A stretch of DNA of 64,000 nucleotides from Raillietiella orientalis. Its lineage: Eukaryota. Position 1 is the stretch's first letter. Every line of letters starts with the position of its first letter. The DNA lies in assembly GCA_036172245.1 (NCBI GenBank), contig JAYWIR010000028.1, forward strand, positions 2,170,001 to 2,234,000, in the 5' to 3' direction. Both the position numbers and the translations under genes were made by a program. Below are positions 1 through 13,229 of the stretch, in pieces. The notes under the pieces are model-generated. The model was not told where the DNA came from. It searched no databases and saw nothing but the letters and a program-made list of their open reading frames with translations.

Positions 1-343
1 CCACATCTGTGGAGCAGATAAATCCCACTTCCTATCGTCCACCAGGTTGAGCTGCTAGGAATGTCATTGACTTGGCGCCGTCCCATGAGAAATTCAGGGA
101 ACGGCGGCACGGGGGTCCAGAACAACTTCTAACACTGCTGGTGGACTCGGAGGTCCTTCATTTACAAATGTCACGAGGATGGAAACTCCCAATTCACGTG
201 CCATCACGAAATGTGCGGAGACTTCATTGAGATGCCAGTGAAAACAACATCCCAATGCTCTCCGCATCTACCCTGTGTCTCTTGGCCTCCCCTGGCCCCC
301 CTTTTCTCCCTTTGCCCTCACCTGTTCTTCTTTGTTTTGTTTT

Positions 344-1143
344 AATCGCTTCCAATATTACGAGAATGACCAATTTTTCATATCTGTTCCGGTAATGGGG
401 CTGCACCTGGAGGCCGGCTTGCCCTACAATGCCTCACATTTTACGGAACCTATTACCAGATTTGATAAAGCCCAAGCAGTATCCGTGGGACCGACTCGAC
501 TCTGACGATTTCGCAGATGGGGTTCTCGCCTTCTTGCTTTGCTGCATCCTCTTCGCTTGCTCCTCCACACGAGGGATCCGATGGATCCTATGCGAGAACT
601 CGGGAAGCACGGAAGTTGCAGGAGCTCGCTTCATTTGTCAGTGGGGATCAAGATAAGAAGGGAGCGTGGGCGAGCACCCACTGCGAATGGTAAGCCTCCT
701 TCAAACTGGAGCTTTCGTGGACCGCTACGCAGGGCTGCAGTCAGAGAGGCGGAGTCTGGCTCTGCGTTCCATCCAGGCCTTTCCATCGTCCTTCGCCTGC
801 AATCCCGCTCCTTCCAGAAGGACGCTCCAGCTGAAGCGACACCTGACTGCGACGATGGGTGAGGGAGAAATGCAGGTTTCATGCGTTCTCGATGAGACGC
901 CAGAATGGCAAGAATGAGCTGCTTTTGCAAGAGGCAAACTCGCCCTTTCTTTAGCTTTGACCACACAGGTTACGTCCAGAGACGCTTTCTGGAATGGGGC
1001 GTGATCTCAGCATCTCGTCAAGGTTGATGAGACTGCTTATGGTTTCCGATCATCCCTTGGGCCTAGAAGCGAGAAGATGAATCAGGAGCGCTTTCTACAA
1101 GCGGCTTTCATCTCATGCGGTGGACGCTATTAGGGAGCTGTTC
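344..1143 (+). pseudogene. decayed histone-fold fusion remnant (H3-H2A-H2B-like)
   Basis: H3-like SHFTEPITRFDKAQAV (cf. QDFKTDLRFQSSAV). H2A-like PLRMVSLLQTGAFVDRYAG (cf. [21 protein letters not shown]) and RRTLQLKRHL. H2B-like RDLSISSRLMRLL at 1000-1038 (cf. PDTGISSKAMSIM) and EARR*...AIRELF. Confidence 0.55.
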
Positions 1144-1526
1144 ATTATCCTCTGTTCCTCCGGCTCTTCCAGCCATTCCTGTTCATCGCCATAGTGGCTG
1201 ACACCTGACGGCTCCATCAATGCGCATCCACTGTGCTGCATGATGGAGCGCACTGTTTCTCTTCTGAGGAGCTTCGTTGGCCCCTCAACGGGCTACGAGT
1301 ACAACCAATGCTTCTCACGGAAGCAGGTACCTCCTGAGGAAGAAGCGCAGAGTGAATCGGCATTGCATTCTCATCTCGCAGCCTCCTTCCCTCCACAGAG
1401 CTGCCGACGGTGTCTTTCAGAGGCGGATGACGCCAAATATCTGTTTTCTCCGAGCGCCAGTCCTGCCGGAACCTCGGATCATTTCCCAGTACGCGTCCAG
1501 CCGGAAGCCACCAAAACCCACTGTTT

Positions 1527-1790
1527 TTGCGGCATTCTTTCGATGCAGTCCGCCGGATCTACGTGTCTTCTGATGATGAATCAGGGGTTCCTTACTCGGT
1601 GATTGAAAATGTGTGGGAGCGGCTCTTCGAGAACCTCAGAACCTCCGCTGATGGGTGCTGCTCCCGACGTAAAAGTGGATCGATCAGCCCGCTCCAGGAC
1701 TCGCACCTCAGATGCGGAGTCGACTTTGGGAAACTGGACGTCCTTGCTCCAGAGGTGAAGAACGCGGAAGGAACAAAGGCATTTTCCGCA
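1527..1790 (+). pseudogene. diverged H2B-like histone fold in an open frame
   Basis: DESGV..SVIENVWERLFENLRTSADGCCSRRKSGSIS (cf. DTGI..[31 protein letters not shown]). Exact EGTKA at 1767-1781. Confidence 0.65.
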
Positions 1791-2289
1791 GCTCTGAGCG
1801 AGTCCGGGGAAACCACGTCCTGGAATGAACCCTTTGGGTGCAGAGCTCATCAGATCGAAACGTTCCGTGTCGACGGCACGCGAGTCGCAATGTCGACCTC
1901 TGTGGACGGCACGCTTTTTTCGCGTACCGCGTACTCCATCACTGACTACATAAAGTGCTCATTAAAGTTACTATCGCAACTGCTGATTTACACCACACCG
2001 AATAAAATGTTTTCACTTCTATTTTTCATTTATTTAGAAATTGCAATTATAATTCAAATAAATCGATAATTCATTCGCATTTTCCCGATATCACGAAGAT
2101 GAATAACAGTATAATAATCAATTAAATACGACGACCGAGAAGAACCGAGAATAGTCAGCCGACAGAAATCGAATTTGGTTTACCGTCCTTGCTGAGGGAA
2201 TCATAAGAACGTAAGTGTATACGACCACCTCGAGCATTGATAGGGCTAACCCTCGTCGCGTGTACGAGGTCAAAACATTTGAGCCGGAC

Positions 2290-2500
2290 GCGTGGATGCG
2301 TTGTCCATAGCGCACGCTGATAGCTTTCGTCGGACGCATCTTTGCGTCCATCTAGGCACTCCAAGGGTCAAAGACAAGCGAGCTGCTTCGAAGTTTGCTG
2401 CGTTGCCTTCAGCTCTCCTGTCGTGGCCAGTGGGATGCCCGAGGCGAGCTCAAACTTGCACGGTTCTGTTTCCTGCTTGAGGACACCACTTGGTCCTGAG
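2290..2500 (+). pseudogene. H2B-like remnant
   Basis: DALSIAHADSF ... AASKFA ... RRAQTCTVLFPA*GHHLV (cf. KAMSIMNSF ... EASRLA ... [20 protein letters not shown]). Confidence 0.4.
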
Positions 2501-2699
2501 AAAGCGTTCCGTTCGGCCTGACCACCATTTCGAATGTAGCTCTGTTCGTCAAAGAACGCGTGGCGTAAATGCGTAATTATATGTAATTATTTAAGTAACG
2601 GGTAACTTAAATAAGTATGACATCAGATATCGTAAAATCAAAGCTTTCATATTTCATACAGTGCAGAGGGTTGCAGGTTTGCGTGCTGGTTTGCAAAAA

Positions 2700-3200
2700 A
2701 ACGGAGGAGGGCGTTAGAAAGCTCAGCTGCCGGAGTTTCTTGGAAGCCATGAAGCACGAATGCCCAAGAAATCCTACTGCAACATCCTACTGATCTCAGT
2801 AGAAAAAAAGGCCATTGGAGAGATTGCTGCGCAGAAGATGGCTTTGAGGAAGAGCTTTGAAAAAGGAGCCATGGGAAATCCCAGCGAAGATGGAAGTGCT
2901 GGAACTCACTCATGCACACCTTGAAAGAAACGGACTGATTCATAAGTTTCCTGAAAGTTGGAAAAACTCTGTACTTCCCCGTTTCGGGAGCTGAGACGCG
3001 ACCGACGACTTGAGAAAACCGGCATAAAGGGGAAGAGTCCTTCCGCCTTTCGCTTCCCTCTGCCTCTCTCCATCACGCCTGGTTCCGCGGGATGAGTGGC
3101 GAGCATCATCGGACGCCGGAGGGAAGCTTCGGTGTCCACTGCTTTGAGACCGCTACAAAATGACTTCCCGAACGAAGAGTCAAAATCTTTCCATAGAAAT
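2700..3200 (+). pseudogene. internally deleted H4-H3-H2A-H2B-like remnant
   Basis: In order: RSFLEAM (H4 KVFLENV); QHPTDL/RPLERLLR at 2780-2832 (H3 QKSTEL/LPFQRLVR); MEVLEL at 2890 (H2A AEILEL); KTGIKGKS at 3015 and FPNEESK (H2B DTGISSKA, LPGELAK). Confidence 0.55.
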
Positions 3201-4125
3201 GCCTGTGCCTAAAAATTCGTGCTGCTGTACTTTACCCTGTGTGTACAAAAGCTCCTTACCGAAAGCCCCCTTAAGAACTCGTGTCCCATTTTGATTGGCA
3301 TGTGAAAACTAATTTGCTGATTGTTCTCTTGACGCTCTGTGTGATGCCAAGCAATTTAATTCACGTTCTGATAAACGAATTTGCATCTGAATACGATTCC
3401 TTGACCCTTTGCTGCTTAAAGAGATGTGAAAAAAAAAAAAAAAAAAAACTCTTCCTTTCATCACAGTAACATACATCATACACCGCTACCACACAGTAGA
3501 TACTAATGTATATTATTTGAGTAATTTCCTGTCTATGTTTTGGCATCACTTTAGATGCCTCGGGCACTCAACATATCTCAATCCGGGGTGGGCACGGAAG
3601 GAAATAAAAGACAAAAGACACGAATCCGCCATTAGTCGCTGCCAATGTATCATGGGACGTTTTACATTGACAATCATAATATAGATGGCAGTTTCCGGAC
3701 ACTCGAATACGAGCGAGGGACTCGTTCTCATGAGAATGAAAGGTGACTCTCGATTGCAGATGCATTCGGTACACATAGACCTGCGTACACATGCCGATTT
3801 TATGCACACGTAAAAAGTGTGCGCGTAGACATGCAAAAGGCGCGTGCAGTGAGATTTCATGAAAGCACGAATGCCTTCCACATATATCTCTTCCACATCA
3901 TCGGACACACATCCGATAATGCAGAAGAGAAACCCATTCAGTTCTTTCATTAATTACTTCGCTTTGCAAGATAATTCCCATGGATGGGAACGTAACCCGA
4001 AGCACACAAGCCTTGCATAAACAAATTTTCAAGTTCTTGCAAACCACGTGCGTAATATGAGCTAAGAACACGACGTGCTTCCATAAAACATAAATTAATC
4101 CAAAACTACCCATCCCTTATTACGA

Positions 4126-5040
4126 ATGCACTTGGTGTATTTATTCCACCGTAATTACCATCTTTCGCTAACTCTACGGCAGTTCGTTCGTGGACTGCTC
4201 GGAAATGCCATGCGCCGGGAACTCGTCACTTCTGGACACCTACCTGACACATCCCAATCCAGGTGTCGAGGACCCTATTGTGCACGAAAGGAAATGAGGA
4301 AAAAACAAACGAAAGGTCGCAATTAATGAAGAATTGTTTTCGCAAGCTTTCTTTAGCGAGTTTTCTGAGGTGTTTTTTGCCTTCACCCTTTTTGCCAGAG
4401 TTCTTCAGAGTGCTGATGGCTGTGAGTTGTTGATTCACCGGGATCTGCAAACAGGCAGCCTCCACCGTAATTACAGGGAAGGCAGCTTGCAAAAGCATGC
4501 CCGAATTTCGTGGGCAAAAGCGAAATTTTCTGCTCTGGAAAGTCCTCTAATGGGAAGCTGCGGGAATTCGCTCGGATCGCGCGGCTAGAAAAACACCGTG
4601 GAAACCCTTTTGATCTGCAGCACAAAAGTCTCAGAGACGAAGGTGTTTGCAAGGGTTCGCTCGTTCCGGTCGGTGGCCCGCGCAGAATCTCAAGCCACAT
4701 GTGCTTTCCGATTTCGGGAACAGTCCCTACCTCTTTCTGGCGGTGGTCGCTGAAACAGTTCATTGGCGTCAATAGATGTAACGGTTGAGGACAATCTTCA
4801 CGTACGGAAAGGACGTGGATTCTGAATCCATCTCTCAATGAATAAGTGATGCTGCCACAATAAGGATCGTAATCATCCTATTCGAATCCGTCCTCCAATA
4901 GGAAGGATGTTGCTTTGCGAATATGAACGCAATTTCGCCAAGGTCATTACTAAAAATCCGAGTAGGCGTTGCAGAGTACCGGAACGATTAAAGTATTCGT
5001 CGGAGGAGACTGGGAGGAGATGGTAAAAGGTTACAGAGGT
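4126..5040 (+). pseudogene. H4-H3-H2A-H2B-like fusion remnant
   Basis: TLRQFVRGLLGNAMRRELVT (H4-like). Weak H3 segment. IHRDLQTG and ARLEKHRGNPFDLQHKSLRDEGVCK at 4579-4653 (H2A [26 protein letters not shown]). LKQF..GQSS..ILNPSLNE and VPERLKYSSEETG (H2B-like). Confidence 0.55.
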
Positions 5041-6699
5041 GGTGAATCCAACGCGATTACACCAAATGTCATTTCTGTCGGTCTCTTGCCTAAGCAACAG
5101 CGTGAATAAACCATCGCATATAAGAATAGAAACGACTGCTATCCTTTCATCCTCCTTCTTTCCCTGTTTCCGGCTCAAGAAACAGGCTTGCCAGTCACAA
5201 CATGCTCATTGCAAAGGAAAAGACCGAAGCTCTTTGATAGGAAATAAAAGCTTTCAAAATCCTCTCACATCGGGTCCGGTAGGGAAACTGCGAAGTGAGC
5301 CGATGCGTCTCACCGCGGCAGGTGACCAGGTGACCGTCCTCCATGTTAGCACAAACCGGAAGATCGTAAGCAGTTAGTTACCATGGCACGAACTCTTTTG
5401 CGTACGACTGCGAATCGTTTCCTTTCTTAAACCTCGCGGCGAACTTCGCTCATGGAATTTGGAACTGCCGATCGTGGAAGAGAGTCACAGTGTCAAGGGT
5501 TGGAGAAAACGAGCCGGGATCTCCCAAAGACAAGGCAATCAGCGTTTTGTGATGCGGAAAGGAATCCAGGATGCAGCCACTAAATGGGCTGCTCAGTTCC
5601 GATTAGGAACGAAAGGTTCACGGAAAATGAATCCTGAACGTGACTTCTGAATCCATCAGCAATCGAAAGAAACCGTATGGTACGAGTGACTTCCCTGTAC
5701 CGATGGTGCTCCGTGCTCTCTCGTTCACCCCAATAATTATGGTCCCTTGTATTTCACTCTTCGGATCACACGCGAAAACATCGATCCCGTCCTCCTCATT
5801 ATTAGCCCTCATTTTTTTTAGGGTGCACGACCCACATCTTTCTTGTAGCTCCCGACCTAATTAATGGACCCATCTTCTTCCTAATTATTGGCACATCCCT
5901 TTACCAAACAACTGTCATTCCTCGGTCGACGAATTTTCGAGAAAATCACGTGCCCATCTCCGGTTCCGAGTCCGAAAGGAGATGAGAGCTTCTCCCTGGT
6001 TACTTATTCGGCACACAAGATAAGTTCCGTGCCCGATGCGCAAGAACGCCGAAGCACAGATGACGCGGGTGGCTGAAAACAACGCATCCGCTTCCCCAGT
6101 CGCTTTATTCTCCGTTTCGGTGAGCTTTCGCCGCCGACACCGCTGATGGGAAGTGACCACCTTCGGCCAGGGACGGCTCGCGTTTCCACCACGCTGTTCG
6201 TCTGTGGAATAGGCAGCCGCAGCTATTTCTTCTCACTCCCCATCACTCCACACTTCTACCAAATTCCTTCGCTTCGACGTTTCCTTCCCTTGCCCGCCCG
6301 CCCGAAATGTGACAGGAAGGCAGGAATTTTCAGGTGGATGACAGGCAGAGTCGAGAGTGCTGCCTTACCTTTGCCCAGAGGAGCGATTTATCTACGTTCA
6401 TCTTTCGGCCCAGAGACCCGGCGAGTGGTGCGCGCCCTCTTGGCGGGCACGCGCAGGCGCGCGTTTCAGCGCGCCTCTTCGCTCGTGGCCGTCGGTGCTT
6501 TCGCGAAATCTGGAGGGCGCAGTTCTCGTGAACGGTGCAGCTGCCCCCCTCCTCCGAGGCATCCAGGGACCCCCGCTCAGTTGGCAGAGCACCTCCGATT
6601 CGCAGTCCGGGTTCCCTGCTCTGCCTACATGGAGGTGAGCGGAAACCCAGATGATAGCAGGCCCTGCTCTAATGAGCTGTTCCCTCGTCCTTCTCGACA

Positions 6700-7500
6700 T
6701 CAATCAGCGCAAGACGATTTTTCCCGAAGAGTCGTCTCACCATCCTTCATGATTAACTGCACGTAGACATGGATCCACCTATCAGCTCCACAATTTGCCA
6801 CACGAAATCTTCCCCCGAGCCGTAATATGCGTTATAACGAAGGTGGTTCCCCCTAATAGGCGCTGGATTCCGGTCCTCTGTTGCATCTTTATTTGAGGAA
6901 ACGGCCGCATCTTCACTACCGTTTTTCTCCTGTTTTCGGAATCGGAAGGAAATCATCACTTGCTCTCACCTGTGATCATGTGATCTTCCTTGGATGGGCA
7001 GTTCCTCTTCGGCCTTCTGAAGTTTGTCTTCTGAAGCGGCAGTGCATGAATTTGGGGTCCAGCAGTTTCGCAAGCGAGAAGCTCTGGACCTTCTGCTACG
7101 ACCTCGGAAAGTGGAAGGCGTTCCCCCAGGTCGGCATGCAGCCGAGAAAATACGATCCACGCGGTTTCCACTCTGCATGACTGCACGTGAGCCTCTCATG
7201 AAAAATGCCGTAAGAGAAAAACGTCGCAACATCCCCATCATCGAGCAGCATCCTTTGACTTCCACCTAAATAAAAACACGTAGATAAGACAGCCACATCA
7301 TCTCCCTGCTGCGGCTCCGACTGTCGCATCGCCGTTTGGATGCAGTGCTTCCCAGTAACGCCCATTTGCAAGAGTGGAATTCGCCACGAAGTGACGATGG
7401 AACGGAACACCCCTGTGAGAACGTTCATCGATTGGTGGCCGTTTATCTTTTTGGACCACCCCGAGACCTCTTGCTTGCCGCTTTCTTCGCGCCACGCAGT
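6700..7500 (-). pseudogene. H4-(H3)-H2A-H2B-like remnant on the minus strand
   Basis: SKKINGHQSMNVLTGVFRSIV (H4-like); TAWIVFSRLHADL ... ELLACE (H2A-like); EDFVWQIVELIG ... MVRRLF (H2B-like). Expected order, weak similarity. Confidence 0.35.
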
Positions 7501-8782
7501 TGCTTCATGCCGGTTTCGATCCGGGACCCTCCGCACATCTGCTTGCGAAGGGCACCATCCGCTCGCATTTTCAACGTCTGGAACGTGCTTGCAGGGACTC
7601 CGGAGTCAGGCACCGCGTCAAGATCCTCGGTGGCTGAGAAGAAGATGGTCTTTCCTTTCCCACGAGTTCAAGATGCAGTGCTGCAGATACCCCAATGCGA
7701 AGTTGCTGATATTCGTGGCGCCCACTGCCACTTTTGGGGTGTATTCGTTTCGGCGCGGTGGAACCGATCATCTCCTGATCACTGACGTCTGAAAGCAACA
7801 GAAACAGCGGTCCGAGGTTTGTTTTGCTTCCTTTGCGTTGCGGCCCTCGGAGCTTTCAGCTGCTTACTTCGGTGAATTAGTTGCTACTGATGGGTGCTCT
7901 TCCGGATGCAGATGATCTTCGAACCCATCTCGTTCGAAGCAGCTTGAGTTTGCCACCTCTGCAGTCACAGGTGGCTTCCCTCCACATCGACCGCTTCTGA
8001 ACCCAGAGTGCTTAGAGCCAGCTCCAGTCAAAAGCTGTTGACTTCCATGATTTTCCATCTTCCATTTTTCGTCATTCTCTTTACATAATCACTAGTGATT
8101 CTTTCTTCCTCTAGAGTTTGCATTTGGGTTGCCGGTTTTCCACCTACGTCCTGAGCTGAAAACGAGCTGGCTGTTTCCGTCTGGCCAAAGGATAGTTACA
8201 CAAATGTCCGCAAGAACATTACTGCGCTTCTCGCAGCCCCATCCACCTATTTTCCTCGTGAAACTTCCCAAAATAGAGATTAACTTTTTAATGTTTCATG
8301 TACAGGCCGTGACCACACAGAATAATAAATGCCTTCATTTTCTGCCTTGCTTCTTCTCCTTCCACAATTGCACCCTCTGGCTATGCATTCTGCAGCTTTT
8401 CGTTTCGCTACAAATTATAGTACTCTTGTCTTTTTTACACTTAAACTCTCTGCAGCGATTAAGATTTGCATTTTTCCACTTAACCCTATAATTCTTCTTG
8501 CCAGGGCACGGTAGTGCATCGTGGAAGTCTACGTCGCAGTAGACGCATTCTCTGGAACTCTCGGTTAATGACTGATTAAAAGTATCAATTAACTAAAAAT
8601 GCCTTTGGTTTGCAGCAGAAATGAAAGTCTCCACCGATGTTTTCATGCCACCGAATGATTTCTGGGGTCGATGAGCTGCTATGTTGCAAAAGCCTCTACC
8701 GCAAACCATATAATGCTGACACTTCGAGGGCCACCCTTGGAAAACTGCATGGCTTCCCGAAAGTCATTACGACTCTGCAAAG

Positions 8783-8810
8783 ATATATATATATATATAT
8801 ATACATATAT
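8783..8810. repeat. (AT)n microsatellite
   Basis: Directly visible. Confidence 0.9.
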
Positions 8811-10112
8811 TCCTCTGCGTAGCGAAAGATCTGATAATGAGGATCTCAGCGGTAATTCTCTCTAGTGAAACGCAGCATCCGACGCATTGGATTGAGGACG
8901 CGCTGCAGGAAAATTTTTCTCCGTTAGATATGCCCAGGTTCTCATCCGCACCGTAAATCTCTCGTATCTCGTTTCGTAGATTCCGTCTTCACACGGGAAT
9001 CCCTACTATGATGTGTAGGGTCATCTTTCCCCGCAGGGTGATTCCCCGCACTTATCGACACAGGTGGCATTTTAGGGAATTTTAGAAAAGTGGCATTTTG
9101 GAAGATTGTGCCCGAGTATTTAGGAATACCGGGTTTTCCTGCACGCGGTGCACCTATTCAGGAGAAATAAACACGCATGGGTAAAACAGAAGTCCGAAAA
9201 GCAGGTCACACAATTAGGAACGGACCCAAATCTCCCTCCCCCCTTCCCTGTGTCCGTCTACGAAAACCAGTCGGTTCGTATAAAATGTGTGGTCAGTTCC
9301 CCTTCCCAGGGAGCTACCGCCTCAGCACCTATGAGATCTAAATTAGTGTGGCATGAGCTATGTGCCCATATCTGTTCTAGAACACAGCAGCAACAGACTG
9401 CTTCTGACCCCTATGGAATGAGATCAATAACAGGCTCTCCCCCCCATGATTCTGCCATCCAATGGCCAGAATTTTCATCACTTGCAGAGCTGGATGAATT
9501 GGGGTTAAGGTTCATATTGCCAATAACTAATTTCAGCCACCGTGTTCCAGAATCTAATGAAACTAGATATCAGAAGAGATCCCTTTTGTAACAACTTTTA
9601 TCGGAACAAGACACGCTCGTGATGGACTGGTTGTGCACTAACCAGAGGAATTCCAAGTTTCATTAGCTATTTATTTTTGCACAGGGCTGTGCTACCATTT
9701 ATGAGAAGAAACCATAAAAACCCAGAGTTAAGCTTCCAGAAAGGGAGAAAAAAGCAGTTCGGTCTTCTGGTTTAAGAACTCATCCCACACAGTGCACACT
9801 GCAAACGGTATCTGCCGAGTGTATTCACCTCTGCGCACCCCACCAAAGATTGCGTTTCAGGTTGCTCAGTAATACTGCTGCGACTATTATAAATAAAGTC
9901 AGCTGCATATACATTAATGGTTATGGTTACTCCAGATGAGGCTTGGCTAATGCAAAGTTTTGGTCAGTCAGGGAATAGAGCAACGCTCTCGAAGTTTCCA
10001 ACATTCCTTTAGAAGGTTATCTGGTGGATGGGGAAAGCGGGCCGAGGGTACGATGCATGGTTGGGAGAAAGGTTAGAGCGAAAGTAGGCTCGGTGCCTAT
10101 CAGCTTGACTGA

Positions 10113-10620
10113 GACCTGCGTTGGCGGTCCTGTGCTGCGGTCTCCGTTCGCGGTTCCAGCCATTGCGGGTTCGAATCCCCACGTGGAGGGTCGATGCTGG
10201 GAAATCGAGGTGGCTTTCGAGTCCCCCAGCACGACGAGGCCGGTTGTCATATAGGCTTCGAACGAGGCACTGATGTAAGCCGAATGCCTCCCCTTTACAG
10301 GATCGCAAGCTGACCTTCTGGAGTCCTCCCAGGAATCAAGGAGTCGGATCCCTTCGAGACTCCCCACCGGTTGTGAAAATGGAGCTGGTTAATACCTTCC
10401 TCTCCCGAGTTGGGGATTACCTCTCCAGAGTGTCAGAAGCGAGCTGCTGCCTTCGGGAGAAGTCCTTGAGAGAAATTTGGAAGCGTCCCTTCTAGCTCCT
10501 CTTCCGAGGAGGAAACGAGGAGCGGAGCCTTCCTGGATTCATAGAATGGTCCATCCAGGATTACTCCCGAACTCGAGGAATTCCACGCACCCTCGGAGGG
10601 CATGGAGCAGTGTTAAGGAG
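10113..10620 (+). mobile_element. tRNA-headed SINE-like repeat, copy A
   Basis: B-box GGTTCGAATCC at 10168-10178. Body blocks (CCGGTTGTGAAAATGG, CTCTCCAGAGTGTCAGAAGC, AATTTGGAAGCGTCCCTTC, ATTCATAG) are shared with the copies at 27.6, 47.7, 52.3 and 63.2 kb. Confidence 0.75.
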
Positions 10621-11329
10621 CATCGTGAGAGCCCCCACCCCCTCCCTACTCCTTTCCAAGGAGACGAACGAGTTCTTCAGCATTCTGCAAATCAGAAAAA
10701 AGAAAAGGCGAGAAAAGGGGAAAAAAAAGAAAGCCGGAAGCAAAGCAGAAAAAACAGAATAACGCAGAAGGATTTCCATCGTGAACAAAAATCATGATCA
10801 TGGGATGATCCTCAGCAATCCCTTTTCTCTTAAGGGAGTCATAGATTCTACCTGCTGTGTGCGTCTCTGTAGGAGGCATTCACTGCCGTTATTTGTGTTC
10901 CGCCAAACTGGTTGCAGCCGAACCACAGCATTTCGCTAAAGCAAACTCGAGCAAATGCGACTGCAGCAGCCGAGTTGAAGAAAAGGCTGAAAGTCGCGAA
11001 AGAGTTGGGCTGCTCTACTGGAATTGAACTAGGACTCATCGCTCCTCGAGTCGTCAGCGTCGGAAACTTGGGAATTTGGGGAAACCCCCTTTTTTCCCCC
11101 AAAGCCTTCGGCCACAAACTGGCATAAGCAGGATGGAGTGGACGAGCATGGACCGGGGCGTGTTGCAAGAGATTCCGTCACCTTACAGGACTCTCAGATT
11201 TCCCTTCAAAAGCACATCCCTCCCTACAACACTCCATCTCGGGAAGAAAGAACCGATGGTAGGTGTTTTGTGGGCAACGCATCGTCCGCAGCCTTCTGCG
11301 TTCACTCCACCTGTCCTGATTTTGAGAAC

Positions 11330-12080
11330 AAGGGCCGAGGAAGGTTAGGAATCAGGAAAGGACTTCTATTTTCCCAGGCTTCTAACTTCGAGTGCTGTGT
11401 CATACTGGCATTCCTGAAATCATGTCCACAGGCATTCGGAAACCTCTTTCTCTCGATCTCATTTGCAGCAGAGCAGCTGCCGTAAGTATTCGCATCACGA
11501 GATGTACACACCAAAGAGTGGTCTGCTGCGTAATGTGCAATCTGTGGCAGACCCACCATATTTCGCCAGACGTAGCTTCAGCGTTCCCCTTCGAAAAGAC
11601 GTTACTCATAAACATCCTACCATGATTTTCGTTCGACTGGAATGTTCTGCCGTGCTCCGTGCTATTGCAAACATTAAGCGCCTGTAAGAGCATCCATTTA
11701 GAGCATTAATAAGAATTCTGCATTCTCTTCTGATGAAGTAACAGTTCCGAAGGCAAACGGACTCATTGAAAGAATAATCAAAAAACGGATTCGATATAAT
11801 TGAGCCAGGGTAATTTGGTTCTTGTTTCCAAATCTCTGTGCCTTTATTAAAGACGTACGTTCCAGAGGGACATTCTTGCGAACAGTCAGAAACCACCTCA
11901 GAAATCACGTCTCCGGCAAGCTCTTCAGAAAGATCATGTGCTCCCGCGGCTTACGAAACTCAGAAGCTCACTTGTCCGCTCACGGAAACAGTGAGCCTGT
12001 TTTTTGGTCCACATTCTTTTCACAGCAGAGCAGAGAAGAGATCATCCCTTTTCCGATGAACATATAGAAAGACCCTACGG
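11330..12080 (+). pseudogene. H4-H3-H2A-like remnant
   Basis: RLGIRK..ECCVILAFLKS (H4); RRSFSVPLRKDVTHKHPTMIF..SAVLRAI (H3); VRNHLRNH, SERSCAPAAY, RAEKRSSL (H2A). Weak, by eye. Confidence 0.35.
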
Positions 12081-12269
12081 CAAGTCTTGATCTCTTCGAT
12101 ATTCTTTCCTCAGCTCTTACGAAACTGGAGCTTGCAAATTCCTTTTCTCTTCTTTCTCTTCCCTGTCCACGTGGACACAATATAAACCGCCTCCAAAGAT
12201 GATGCGCTGTGGTTTAACGGCGTGATTTTGGGCGAAGGTAGGTAAACTCACAAAAAATTCTCGGCTTGT

Positions 12270-12740
12270 ATTTATAGCTTTTAAAACTAATCTTTGATGC
12301 CTGGCTAACGCGCTAGAGATGTGGGGACACTGATGGTTCACCTCGCGGTCATCCCAACGAGCTGCTGACAAATCCATGCACTCTTTGAAAGAGAGACCGG
12401 ACCAGGTGAGAATCCACCGTGGTGTCAGGAGCTTCGCCACTTCGGAATCACAGTCCATCCCCGGAAACCTTAAATAACTGCTATCGAAACAGCAGGTCGT
12501 TCAGCTTTCAAGGCAGGCATGGCCGGTGGGGATTTCCACGGCACCTCAAACTGATTCTACACGGAAGAATGTTTGCTTTCTATTGTCCATTTCTAATGCA
12601 GAGGAACCGTTTAGATTTCGTTTCTGGAAAGATGCATAGAACAATCTTTCAGATCTCTGATACCTAACCGACTGGCGTAATGCGAACGGAGAATGCAAAA
12701 TCTTCTTTCGCTGCAGCACTCTTCAGCTCCTACTTTTCTC
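12270..12740 (+). pseudogene. H3-H2A-H2B-like remnant
   Basis: AFKTNL*C (H3 DFKTDLRF); VRIHRGVR and FPRHLKLIL (H2A [17 protein letters not shown]); MHRTIFQI..TGV..SSFAAALF (H2B). A competing H2B-like reading exists on the minus strand. Confidence 0.4.
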
Positions 12741-13229
12741 TCACCGCCTTCGTGACCAAGGGTCTTCAGTTCCTCGTGCCTCTTGGGAATAGTTTCCTCT
12801 CTGCAGGTGACGGCACGTATCTTTTATCTTTCTGCAGTCTTCACAGCAGCGTTTCACATTCCAAGTTGAGAGTCAACCGTCCGTACCTTCCCTCCAGCGC
12901 TCCAACGGAAGATTCGTAGGGGAACTCAAGACCCTCTGTCATCGCTTTCTCGCAACCTTAGGGCACCAAATTTGGTCACAGCTTCGAACCTGTTCCGGGA
13001 TTGAATCTACTGAAAGCCACCAGCTCCCACTTTTCCTGTGCAATCCTCCTGACATGAGCTACCAATTCGTCGTGCCTCTCGACGGTCCTTTCCTCGTTCC
13101 TGGTGCCGAGATTGAGGATTGAGGATACGGTCGAGGGATTCCTCCGATGACGCCCGCCTCATGAACATGCAGCCAGCACTGCCCGTAATAGGCGCTGCTC
13201 GTATGGGAAGAAAACTGAGCCGCTCCTCG

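Noticed and set aside
275..1700. CACTA/Tc1/Merlin transposase-like words (MMERTV, VIENVW, VDETAYG)
   Set aside because: No coherent DDE spacing or terminal repeats; ordered histone-fold motifs explain the region better.
10113..10190. GGTTCGAATCC motifs as functional tRNA genes
   Set aside because: No complete cloverleaf; each is attached to the same repeat body.
12200..12445. H2B-like reading on the minus strand (GLSFKECM, LPTFAQNHAV)
   Set aside because: Conflicts with an ordered H3-H2A-H2B reading on the plus strand. One must be chance, which shows the false-positive risk of by-eye matches.
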